Of a stretch of 64,000 nt of DNA, positions 29,739-38,317 are shown one piece after another. The DNA comes from Candidatus Lustribacter sp. (lineage in GTDB: Bacteria > Vulcanimicrobiota > Vulcanimicrobiia > Vulcanimicrobiales > Vulcanimicrobiaceae): NCBI GenBank assembly GCA_965277805.1, contig OZ255842.1, positions 1,632,001 to 1,696,000 on the forward strand, read 5' to 3'. Below the pieces are notes generated by a model that did no database searches, was not told the origin of the DNA, and saw nothing but the letters and a program-made list of their open reading frames with translations. Each line of letters opens with the position of its first letter. The first letter of the stretch is position 1. A program made the position numbers and the translations under genes.

Positions 29739-30785
29739 TCACTTGCGTTTTTTGCTCGCGGCGGCGATCAGGGTATTGTCGATCATCGTTGCCGTGGCGA
29801 CCTTGTTCTTCAGCAGGCCTTGCGACAACCAGAAATCCTCGGGAACTTGGATCGATTCGGGGCGTACGGCGCCGATTTCGAAATACGGCGGCTGGAGCTT
29901 TGCCATTTCCGCGAGTGGCCTTTGCTGCCAGGCGGCCAGAGTCTTTTGCACGTCCGGGGAGAACGCGTTCGATCCGCTCTTACGAATCTCGTCCTGCGCC
30001 CGAATCGAGGCGCGCAGAAAGGCCGTCACGGCCGGCGCGTTGCTTGCCAGATATTTCGCGGACGCTAGCACGAACCCGGTTTGTGTATTAGGCATGATGT
30101 CTTGCGTCGAAGCGAAGCGCGCCGCGAAACCGCCGTCGACCATATACGTCGCCGTCGGTTCGATCGTTGTGCCCAAGTCGATTGCCTGATTGCGCAGCGC
30201 CGTAATCATGTCGGCGGGGGTCCGCAAGCGCTCGGTATAAACGACGTCGGCGCGCGTCAACCCGGCTTTGACGAGCATCTGGTTGACCAGCAGATTGATC
30301 GGCGCGCCCGGAGTCGCGGCATCGATCTTGCGCCCGCGCAAATCGGAGAGCTTGCGCACCGCGCCCGAATCCCACAAGTCCTTGCGCACCATGACCCACA
30401 GTTCGTCGTGCCAGCCGGTACGCGCAACGGTCAGCGATGCGATCGCTTTGATGTCCCAGCCTTCGCTCACCTGATTGAAGAGCGCCGGCCCCGGCACGCC
30501 TTGGCCGATATCGAGTTGCCCGTTCACCAGCATCGGCAACTGCGTCAGCGACGACGACGAGAACTTGTTGGGAACGACGTTGAGCCCTTCGTCGGCATAG
30601 TAGCCTTTGTCGAGCGCGTACATGAAGGGCAGGTAGCCGTAGATATCCGGATTGACCGGAATCCGGATCGTGTACTTCGCATCGGCCGCGAAGAGCCGCC
30701 GCGGGCGCCCGAGCGCCGCTAGACCGAAAGCAACTGCAGAACCCGCAAACGCGCGCCGTGTGCCCACGCCCAGGGGTACGACCAT
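29739..30785 (-). CDS. NitT/TauT-type ABC substrate-binding protein with Tat-like signal
   Basis: TRRAFAGSAVAFGLAA; ALDKGYYADEGL; DLRGRKI. The longer ORF-track start is antisense to the ferredoxin. Confidence 0.82.
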   Translation of the reverse strand: MVVPLGVGTRRAFAGSAVAFGLAALGRPRRLFAADAKYTIRIPVNPDIYGYLPFMYALDKGYYADEGLNVVPNKFSSSSLTQLPMLVNGQLDIGQGVPGPALFNQVSEGWDIKAIASLTVARTGWHDELWVMVRKDLWDSGAVRKLSDLRGRKIDAATPGAPINLLVNQMLVKAGLTRADVVYTERLRTPADMITALRNQAIDLGTTIEPTATYMVDGGFAARFASTQDIMPNTQTGFVLASAKYLASNAPAVTAFLRASIRAQDEIRKSGSNAFSPDVQKTLAAWQQRPLAEMAKLQPPYFEIGAVRPESIQVPEDFWLSQGLLKNKVATATMIDNTLIAAASKKRK

Positions 30786-30806
30786 AGGGTTCGAAATCCA
30801 TCGCCC

Positions 30807-31133
30807 ATGGACGAACCGGCATTCGCACGCGTGGGCGCACTCTCCGGTCTGCCGCCCGGAGCAGCGCTGATGGCGCCGGTCGGCGATTATGACATCGCGC
30901 TGTTCAACGTCGATGGTGAAATCTTCGCGATTGACGACGTGTGTCCGCATTTCGCCGGCTCGCTGCACGAAGGTGCGGTAATCGACGGCACGGTGTCGTG
31001 TCCGCTGCACGGCTGGTGCTTCGATCTGCGGAGCGGTGCGCAAACGAACGGCCGCCGTTTCGTCGACACGTTCGACGTGCGCGTCGAAGATCAGAACGTG
31101 CTCGTGAGCGCGACGCCGCGCGAGCGAGTGTAG
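30807..31133 (+). CDS. Rieske [2Fe-2S] ferredoxin
   Basis: CPH...CPLHGWCFDLRSG. Confidence 0.92.
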   Translation: MDEPAFARVGALSGLPPGAALMAPVGDYDIALFNVDGEIFAIDDVCPHFAGSLHEGAVIDGTVSCPLHGWCFDLRSGAQTNGRRFVDTFDVRVEDQNVLVSATPRERV

Positions 31134-31136
31134 CGC

Positions 31137-32066
31137 GTGCCCTTGAAACTTGCCGTTCCCGATCTGATCTCGAACTCGTACTTTCCGGCGGCGGCCGCGG
31201 TCGAGTTGGGCTTCTTCGAGCAGGCCGGACTCGACGTCGAACTCGAGCTGATCTTCCCGGTCGATAAGTGCTATGCGGCGCTGCGCGACGGCCGCATCGA
31301 TTTCGTCGGGGGCTCGGCGCACTCGGCGCTCGCCGCGTTCCCGGGGTGGGACGGCGTCAAGCTGCTGTGCGCGCAGGCCCAGGGCATGTACTGGTTTCTG
31401 ATCATGCGCTCCGACCTCAACGTCAAACGCGGCGACATCGAGGCCGTCAAAGGCAAGCGTATCGGCGCCGCACCGTGGGTCGAAATGGGTTTGCGCCGGC
31501 TCTTGATTGCGGCCGGCATCGATCTCAAGCGCGACGAGGTGACGATCCAGCCCGTGCCCGGCGCGATCGGCGAGAAAGCAAACTTTGGGCTGATGGCGGC
31601 GCAGGCGCTCGCCGACGGCAAGATCGACGGTTTCTGGGCCAACGGCATGGGCGCGGAAGTCGCGCAGCGCAGCGGCGCGGGCACGCTGGTGCTCGACATC
31701 CGCCGCGGCGACGGCCCACCCGAGTGCTTCAATTACACGATGGCCTCGGTGGCCGCAAGCGATGCGCTAATCGAGCGTTCGCCCGAAACCGCGCGCGCTG
31801 CCGTTCGCGCGATCGTTGCGACCCAGCGCGCGCTGATCGGCGACGTTTCGCTTGCGACGAAGGCCGGCCGCGCGCTCTTCCCAGCGACCGAAGCGGAACT
31901 GATCGCCGGCATCGTGCAACGCGACTTGCCGTATTACGATGCCGCGATTTCGCCCGAGTTCGTGGCCGGCATGAACGCCTTCGCGCGCGACATCGGCATC
32001 CTCGACCGCGAGGTCTCTTATGACGCCGTCGTTGCAAGCGGCGTCCGCGAACTCTGGAAGGGCTAG
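31137..32066 (+). CDS. NMT1/THI5-like binding-protein-fold protein with no signal peptide
   Basis: AVELGFFEQAGLDVEL, GKRIGA, GKIDGFW; begins directly with the domain (MPLKLAVPD). Confidence 0.8.
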   Translation: MPLKLAVPDLISNSYFPAAAAVELGFFEQAGLDVELELIFPVDKCYAALRDGRIDFVGGSAHSALAAFPGWDGVKLLCAQAQGMYWFLIMRSDLNVKRGDIEAVKGKRIGAAPWVEMGLRRLLIAAGIDLKRDEVTIQPVPGAIGEKANFGLMAAQALADGKIDGFWANGMGAEVAQRSGAGTLVLDIRRGDGPPECFNYTMASVAASDALIERSPETARAAVRAIVATQRALIGDVSLATKAGRALFPATEAELIAGIVQRDLPYYDAAISPEFVAGMNAFARDIGILDREVSYDAVVASGVRELWKG

Positions 32067-32070
32067 CCGG

Positions 32071-33363
32071 CTACCACGTGCTGCTGACGGCCGTGAGCGC
32101 GGTGCGCGCCAGCGGCAGCGCGAACGACCCGCTCCAGTCGCGGTCGAAAAACTGTACCGTGGCGGTAACGGAGTCACCGCTCAAGTCGGCATCGAGGCTG
32201 GCGTCGCTCGGAAAACGGTCGCTGTTATCGGGATCGCCCGCATAGACGAAGCGCATCGTGACGTGGTGGCCGTCGAACGACATCGCCGTGGGTTCGTATG
32301 CGCCGTCGGTCGGTTCAGCATCGGCGACGTTCGCGCACGCATCGGTCGCCGCCGCGCGCTGCTGCAACGTAATCCCGAGCAGCTCACCCTTATGGTGCGG
32401 CTGCACGAGGGCGGCGTGCGCCACAACGAACTGCAGCGAGTTGACGTCGATCGTCACGGCGATGCGGCAGCCCGCGCGCACGAAGACGAAGCGTTTGGGC
32501 TGCGTCTCACCCGCTTGCCATGAGACGACGGCACCGGCCGAATCGCGGGGCGGCGCCACGGCGAGCACGGCTTGCAGCGTCGGAACCGGCCGCGGCAGCA
32601 CTGACGGGGGAGCGATCGCGACGGCGTGCGGTAACGGCTGCTGCGGTAAGGGCAACGGCGCCGGCGGCGCCGGTGCTGCGTGAACGGATGCGACGTTGTT
32701 CGCTTGCAGAAACGGCACGACGACGAGCGAGCCCGAGTCGGCGAAGCCGCCGCGCTGATCGCTCGTGCGCGCGGTGACGATGCCGAGAATCTCACCGGTG
32801 CCCGGATCGAACACCGCACCGCCGCTGAGGCCCTCTTCGATGTGCACGTTTTCGAGTTCGAGGTAGAGCCCGTTCTCCGGCCGCGAGGCGATCGTGCCGG
32901 GGAAGAGCACGCGCGGTTCTTGACCGACGATCCCGATCAGTTCGTCCTTCTTCACGTAGCCGGCGACCGCGACGAGGTTGCCCTCGATCACCGGATGCGT
33001 GCGCGGTGCGAAGCGGGCGGCGCGCAATCCGCCGCGATCGATCGAGAGCAGCGTAAGATCGCGCGGTCCGGTGCGTTCGACGTGCGCCGCGATATCGTGG
33101 AGATCGCGGCTGAGATCGACGCGAATGCTCGCCGCGCGGGAAATGACGTGCGATGCCGTCAGCACGAGAGAATGTTGCGCATCGGAGTCGACGATGATGC
33201 CGCTACCGCTCTCGATCGGACGGCCCGTACGATCGAACGCCCATACCTTGACCAGCGACGGACGCACCGCGCTGTAGCCGGCGGACGCATCGTCCGACGC
33301 GCGCGCCACGTGTGCGGCGAGGACGAGCGCGATCAAGAGCGTGCCCGCGAAGAACTTATGCAC
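32071..33363 (-). CDS. Secreted trypsin-like (S1) serine protease with Pro-rich linker and C-terminal domain
   Basis: Signal peptide; GSGII, LTASHV (His), DLTLL (Asp), EGLSGGAV (Ser). Confidence 0.82.
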   Translation of the reverse strand: MHKFFAGTLLIALVLAAHVARASDDASAGYSAVRPSLVKVWAFDRTGRPIESGSGIIVDSDAQHSLVLTASHVISRAASIRVDLSRDLHDIAAHVERTGPRDLTLLSIDRGGLRAARFAPRTHPVIEGNLVAVAGYVKKDELIGIVGQEPRVLFPGTIASRPENGLYLELENVHIEEGLSGGAVFDPGTGEILGIVTARTSDQRGGFADSGSLVVVPFLQANNVASVHAAPAPPAPLPLPQQPLPHAVAIAPPSVLPRPVPTLQAVLAVAPPRDSAGAVVSWQAGETQPKRFVFVRAGCRIAVTIDVNSLQFVVAHAALVQPHHKGELLGITLQQRAAATDACANVADAEPTDGAYEPTAMSFDGHHVTMRFVYAGDPDNSDRFPSDASLDADLSGDSVTATVQFFDRDWSGSFALPLARTALTAVSSTW

Positions 33364-34708
33364 GCAAGTAGATTCCGGCGGCGTCGCAGGCACCGATGCT
33401 GCCGTGGAACACGCCGAGCGGCGGCCAGTCGGTATACACGCCGGGAACCGGCGAGGTCCAGGTCTGCGCGCCGGTCCACTGTTTGTACTGCGGCTTGATC
33501 GACGGCGGCGACACGTGCCCGATTTCGCAGTCGTGCCAGACGATGCGCGGCGTGAGATCGCGCGGTCCGTCGACGCCGAAGTAGCTGCCGCTCACGAAGC
33601 GGTCGGAACGGCCGACGCCGGAGCGCTTGTGCCACGTATACGGCTGCGCGATCGAAACGATCCGCTTGAGGATGATGCCGTCGTCGCGCGAGCCGCCGTC
33701 GGGAATCCAGCCGTCGTCGGGCTTCGTGTGCTGCACCGCGGTGAACGTGTGGCGCTGGCCGTCGGTGGCGACGCCGGTCGCCGAGAAGACCAGCAGCGAA
33801 TCGGACACCGGATAGAGTTCGAGCACGACGTCGGGCCCGCCGCACGGGAAGCGATCTTCCGACGTGATCGGTTTGTTCGATGCGAACTTCCAGTAGAACG
33901 CGTAGTCGTCGTGTTCGCTCTGCGCGGAACTCTTCTGCAGCCCGGCATCGACCGAGACGCCGTGCGGTCCCGCACCCCAGCCGCCGATGTAGATGTAACC
34001 GGTCTCCTGATCGACGATGCCCGGCGCGCCCGTCACTTCGTCGTAGCCGGGACCGGTGACGAAATGCCGCGCGCCGCACGGGATCGAGACGGACGCGCGC
34101 ACCGCGCTGTATCCGTTGACGGCGCGTACGCCGTGAAATGCGCCGGAGTCGATGTCGAAGGGCGATCCGACTTGCGAGCGCACAGGAATCCCCGGCGTGC
34201 GGCGATCGTCGTGCGAGGTATCGAAGCGGTGCGCGTAAAGCCAGGCAAGGTCGAGGCCCGCGGCGCGCGCCTTGGCGGGCGGCGCGGGCTTCGGCCCAGG
34301 TTGCGTGGGGACGAACCACGGCGTGGCGTTCAATGCAAACAATTTCGGCGGCGCAGTGAGGCGCGGCGGCGCCAGCGCGATGCGCACCGGCGGCGCATGA
34401 TGCTGCGCACGGACGGCGACCTGCCGCGGACGAACGTGCGCCGGCGGAATCGGCGCGGGGCGGCCGGACGATGCGATCGTGTAGCCGCGCTCGGGCGGCA
34501 GGGCAGCGATCTGCGGATCTTGCACGACCGCATCGTAGGAGACGATGCGGATGGAGCCGTCGCGTTGCACGACGACGAGGTTCTCACGTTGCGCGGGGCG
34601 CAGGTCGCGGAGGATGTGCAGATCGTCATCAGCCGGCACCGGACCGGTACCCGCGAGAACGACGCAACCGAGCAGTGCTGTCAACACTCGCTCCGCCAGT
34701 CTGCGCAA
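33356..34708 (-). CDS. Secreted Pro-rich hypothetical protein with a beta-rich C-terminal domain (YrpD-like)
   Basis: Signal peptide, GGAGG ribosome-binding site, Pro-rich linker; GYSAVRASVSIP..YIYIGGWG..VDAGLQ resembles Bacillus YrpD-type domains (recognised from memory). Confidence 0.65.
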   Translation of the reverse strand: MRRLAERVLTALLGCVVLAGTGPVPADDDLHILRDLRPAQRENLVVVQRDGSIRIVSYDAVVQDPQIAALPPERGYTIASSGRPAPIPPAHVRPRQVAVRAQHHAPPVRIALAPPRLTAPPKLFALNATPWFVPTQPGPKPAPPAKARAAGLDLAWLYAHRFDTSHDDRRTPGIPVRSQVGSPFDIDSGAFHGVRAVNGYSAVRASVSIPCGARHFVTGPGYDEVTGAPGIVDQETGYIYIGGWGAGPHGVSVDAGLQKSSAQSEHDDYAFYWKFASNKPITSEDRFPCGGPDVVLELYPVSDSLLVFSATGVATDGQRHTFTAVQHTKPDDGWIPDGGSRDDGIILKRIVSIAQPYTWHKRSGVGRSDRFVSGSYFGVDGPRDLTPRIVWHDCEIGHVSPPSIKPQYKQWTGAQTWTSPVPGVYTDWPPLGVFHGSIGACDAAGIYLRA

Positions 34709-34779
34709 CGTCTACCTCCTTGCTTAATGAATGTCGGCAAATCGGCGGACGATCTTGCGCCCCGGAGCATGAGAGTTCG

Positions 34780-36351
34780 GTGAGGAGCCCCAAGCACGAC
34801 GCCGTGATCACAGTCCGGCGCGGCGCGCTCGCTATCGCCGTCGTCTTCGCCCTCTTAGCAAGCGCGGGCCGCAGCGTTGCGCAGACGCAGCAGCCCGCGA
34901 TTGCCGTCGATCGCGCACGGGCCGGCATCCCGCTCGGGACCAGTCTGACCATCAACGTCGCGGCAACGGTTGTTGGGCCGCTCACCGTGCAAGTACCCTG
35001 GGACGGGCTCGAGGCGAGCTACGATCCACGCACGCGCCGCCTGCTCCTGACCGGCCGCACAGCCGGCAGCGGGAACGTCGTCCTGACCGATCGCCAGGGG
35101 AATACGGCGTCGATCGCCGTTCTGGTTGCACCACCGGCCGGCACGCTGCCCACGGACGTCGACGTTGCGGTGGCCGGAACGGTGTCGGCCCCGTTCGTCA
35201 CCGCCCGGATCCGCGACGCGCTCGAACGAGCGCTCATCCGGCAACCCGGCACGCTGCTCGACGTGCACGGTCTGACGATCCCGAACACCCTCGCGCCGGG
35301 CGACAAGCTCGACGCGCAAGCCGGCGTGACGATCGAAGGACGCGGCACGTATGTCGACGTGGCCGGGCGCACGAACCTGCACGTGCACGATGACGTCGTG
35401 CCCGCGCTCACTCCCACGACGCTCTTCTACAGCGACGACCCGGAGTACGTCGGCGCGCTACTCGCGGGCGTGCTCTTTCGCGGCACGATCGACACGCAAA
35501 CGCCGGCGCGGCTCTTTGCGTATCATGTTGCCGACGGTGCGCCGCGCCAACTGACGCTCGCGCTGCGCGCCGCCGGCCTGACGCGGGTCCGCGTCTTGGG
35601 CACGATCAGCGGCGCGAGCCCGGCCTATGCGTACATCGGCCAGCAATCCAGCGCGCGTTATCTCGCCGAACACGCGAGCGGCGAGAGTTCGATCGTCACC
35701 GTGCAGCCCAACACGCCATACCTGATACCGTTCGGCACGATGCAGCCACGCGATCTCATCGAAGCGATTCTGGATCTGCACGTGATCGACGGCGGCCCGC
35801 TCGAAGTCGACCTGGTGACGAACCCGGTGGGCGCAGCGCTGCCGCCGCTCGATGGTGAGGAACTTCCCGGCGATACGCATGGCCGCCGTGGCGTGTTCAC
35901 TCTGGCCGGCGTCGCACCGCTGACGCTCGCTTTTACGAGCGGCTCACCGGAACCAACGCCGATTTCCGTCGGCGATGGAACGCTGCCGAATCAACGCACC
36001 GATGGCCGTTCGCTGGGCGGTGACTACGGCGTGCTCCGTCCGTTCACGCTGCACCTCGCGAACACCACCGCCGCGCCGCTCCCCGTCTATCTCTACGAAC
36101 TCACCAGCGGTGCCGGCGGCACGACCACCACGTTCTGGTTCGACGGCGATGCCGCGGCAACGCTCGTGCCGTGCATCGACGATCCCGCACAACCGCATCT
36201 GATCAAAGCGTTCGCACTGACCGCGGGCGAGACGCGCACCGTCAGCGGCACGTTCATGACCGACGGGTCCGGCTCGTATCCGATCCATTTCGGGTTGAGC
36301 ACCACCGCACCGTTGCCGGTTCCGGCCAAAGCCTGCGCACCGGTAGGCTAG
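34780..36351 (+). CDS. Secreted beta-rich hypothetical protein
   Basis: Signal-like RRGALAIAVVFALLASA; LFYSDDPE and GDYGV motifs. Start is 34780 or 34804. Confidence 0.7.
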   Translation: MRSPKHDAVITVRRGALAIAVVFALLASAGRSVAQTQQPAIAVDRARAGIPLGTSLTINVAATVVGPLTVQVPWDGLEASYDPRTRRLLLTGRTAGSGNVVLTDRQGNTASIAVLVAPPAGTLPTDVDVAVAGTVSAPFVTARIRDALERALIRQPGTLLDVHGLTIPNTLAPGDKLDAQAGVTIEGRGTYVDVAGRTNLHVHDDVVPALTPTTLFYSDDPEYVGALLAGVLFRGTIDTQTPARLFAYHVADGAPRQLTLALRAAGLTRVRVLGTISGASPAYAYIGQQSSARYLAEHASGESSIVTVQPNTPYLIPFGTMQPRDLIEAILDLHVIDGGPLEVDLVTNPVGAALPPLDGEELPGDTHGRRGVFTLAGVAPLTLAFTSGSPEPTPISVGDGTLPNQRTDGRSLGGDYGVLRPFTLHLANTTAAPLPVYLYELTSGAGGTTTTFWFDGDAAATLVPCIDDPAQPHLIKAFALTAGETRTVSGTFMTDGSGSYPIHFGLSTTAPLPVPAKACAPVG

Positions 36352-36365
36352 TCTTTCAGCGCCCC

Positions 36366-36393
36366 TAAGTCGGCTCTGCGGTCCGGCCGATAC
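36366..36393 (+). promoter_or_regulatory. Sigma-28 (FliA/SigD)-like promoter
   Basis: TAAG-N16-GCCGATAC ends 9 nt before the DegT ATG; consensus is TAAA-N15/16-GCCGATAA. Confidence 0.5.
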
Positions 36394-36402
36394 TTCTCGT
36401 AT

Positions 36403-37521
36403 ATGCCCGGCCTCGAAAAGATTCCGCTGATGCGGCCGCAACTGCCGACGGCGGATGACTTGATGCCGTATCTGCGCGAGATCGACGAGACGCGCTGGTA
36501 CAGCAACTTCGGCCCGCTCGTGACCCGGCTCGAAGAGCGTTTGGCAAGACATTACGGGCTACCGAAGACCGGGGCAGCAATCGTCGCCAACGGCACCACC
36601 GCGCTTAGCGCCGCATTGCTGGCAGTGGGTGCGAAGCCGGGCAGCAAATGTCTCGTTCCCTCCTGGACGTTCGTCGCTTCGGCATCCGCCATTTGCGCCG
36701 CCAATCTTCAGCCGCACTTCGTCGACATTTCACCCGAAACGTGGCAGCCGGATCCGGTCGCGTTGCGCCGGCGTTCGGACTTGGCCGGCGTCGGCGCCGT
36801 CATGATCGTCTCGCCGTTCGGCTCGCCGGTCGAAACGGCGGCTTGGGATGCGTTTACGGCCGACACCGGGATCCCGGTGATCATCGACGGTGCGGCCGCG
36901 TTCGATACCGTCGCGTCGGTGTCCGCCGCGCAACCTCGCAAGTCGCCGATCATGATCAGCTTGCACGCGACGAAGTGCCTGGGCATCGGTGAAGCCGGCC
37001 TCATCCTCTCGTCTGCCGGCGCGGTCATGCATCGGGCGCGGCAAGTCTGCAATTTCGGCATTTGGGGCTCGCCCGAAGGCCAAGTCATCGGCTATAACGG
37101 CAAGGTCAGCGAATATCACGGCGCGGTCGGCCTCGCCGCCCTCGACGCATGGCCCGCGCGACGGGCGGCGTTACAATCGCGCACCGCGCGCTACATCGCA
37201 GAACTGAGCCGCATCGACGGAGTGCGGTTGCTGCCGGAGTACGGCGGGAGCTGGGTTTCGGCATATTGCACCGCCTATTTCCCCGGGAACATTCATGCGA
37301 TCGCCGATCGCATGACCTACATGGGCGTCGAGACGCGCCGCTGGTGGCTCGACGGGGTTCATACCCTTGCAGCCTATCGCGGATTCACCCACGACGAGCT
37401 CCCGGTAACCGCCGACATCACCTCGCATGTGCTTTCGCTGCCGTTCTTTCACGATATGACGGACGATCAGATCGTGCGGGTCGTCGAGTGCCTCGACAGC
37501 GCAATCCACGCGCCGATTTGA
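36403..37521 (+). CDS. DegT/DnrJ/EryC1/StrS sugar aminotransferase
   Basis: WYSNFGP, ANGTTAL, VPSWTFVAS, IIDGAAAF, SLHATK (PLP lysine), LSLP. Confidence 0.9.
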   Translation: MPGLEKIPLMRPQLPTADDLMPYLREIDETRWYSNFGPLVTRLEERLARHYGLPKTGAAIVANGTTALSAALLAVGAKPGSKCLVPSWTFVASASAICAANLQPHFVDISPETWQPDPVALRRRSDLAGVGAVMIVSPFGSPVETAAWDAFTADTGIPVIIDGAAAFDTVASVSAAQPRKSPIMISLHATKCLGIGEAGLILSSAGAVMHRARQVCNFGIWGSPEGQVIGYNGKVSEYHGAVGLAALDAWPARRAALQSRTARYIAELSRIDGVRLLPEYGGSWVSAYCTAYFPGNIHAIADRMTYMGVETRRWWLDGVHTLAAYRGFTHDELPVTADITSHVLSLPFFHDMTDDQIVRVVECLDSAIHAPI

Positions 37522-37552
37522 TCGAATAATGCCCGCGCGCAGCGGTTTGAGG

Positions 37553-38317
37553 CTACACCCCCGTCGCGCGCGCCTTGACGAACAAGACGATCGCGACCAG
37601 CACGATGAACCCGATGAACAGCGAGCGCAGTATCTTCTCCGGCAAGCGTTGCGCGACGCCGGCGCCGTACGACACCGTCGTGACACCGCCGACCGCCAGC
37701 GGAATCGCGATCGCCCAGTCGACGTCGGAAGCCATCGCATAGGTCGCGGTCGTCAGGATCGTGGCCGGCACCGCAAACGCCAGCGCCATGCCCTGCGCGC
37801 CCAATTGCGTGAAACCGAAGAACATCGTCATCGCGGGCACGGTCATGATCGCGCCGCCGATGCCGAAGAATCCCGAGCATACGCCGCTGATGGCGCCCGA
37901 GATCATTGCATACGGCCACGGTAACGCCGCCATGGCCGGCGGTTGTGAAAGAAACGTACGGCGAGCGATATCGAGCGCGATCAGAATCAAAAAGACCGAG
38001 AACGCCGAGCGCAGCAGCGCGCTCGGCACCGCCGTCGCGATGCGCGCGGCGCCGTACGTGAATGGAATTCCGGTCAGCGCGATGGTTCCGGCGATGCGCC
38101 AATCGAGCTGCGCTCTGCGCGAGTAGCTCCACAAGCCGACGATCACGTTCGGCAGCGCCATCGCGATAGCGGTTCCTTGCGCGAGCTGCTCGGTGAGCCC
38201 GGCAAAGATCCCCAGCGTCGGAATGGCCAAAAACGCGCCGCCGATGCCGAAGAGGCCGCCCGCAAAACCGAAAATCGCGCCGAGAACGACGAACACGAGG
38301 AAATGGACGATAACCAC
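37553..38317 (-). CDS. TauE/SafE (TSUP) membrane transporter
   Basis: Duplicated GLFGIGGA / GFFGIGGA motif, AQGT, multiple TM helices. Confidence 0.88.
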   Translation of the reverse strand: MVIVHFLVFVVLGAIFGFAGGLFGIGGAFLAIPTLGIFAGLTEQLAQGTAIAMALPNVIVGLWSYSRRAQLDWRIAGTIALTGIPFTYGAARIATAVPSALLRSAFSVFLILIALDIARRTFLSQPPAMAALPWPYAMISGAISGVCSGFFGIGGAIMTVPAMTMFFGFTQLGAQGMALAFAVPATILTTATYAMASDVDWAIAIPLAVGGVTTVSYGAGVAQRLPEKILRSLFIGFIVLVAIVLFVKARATGV

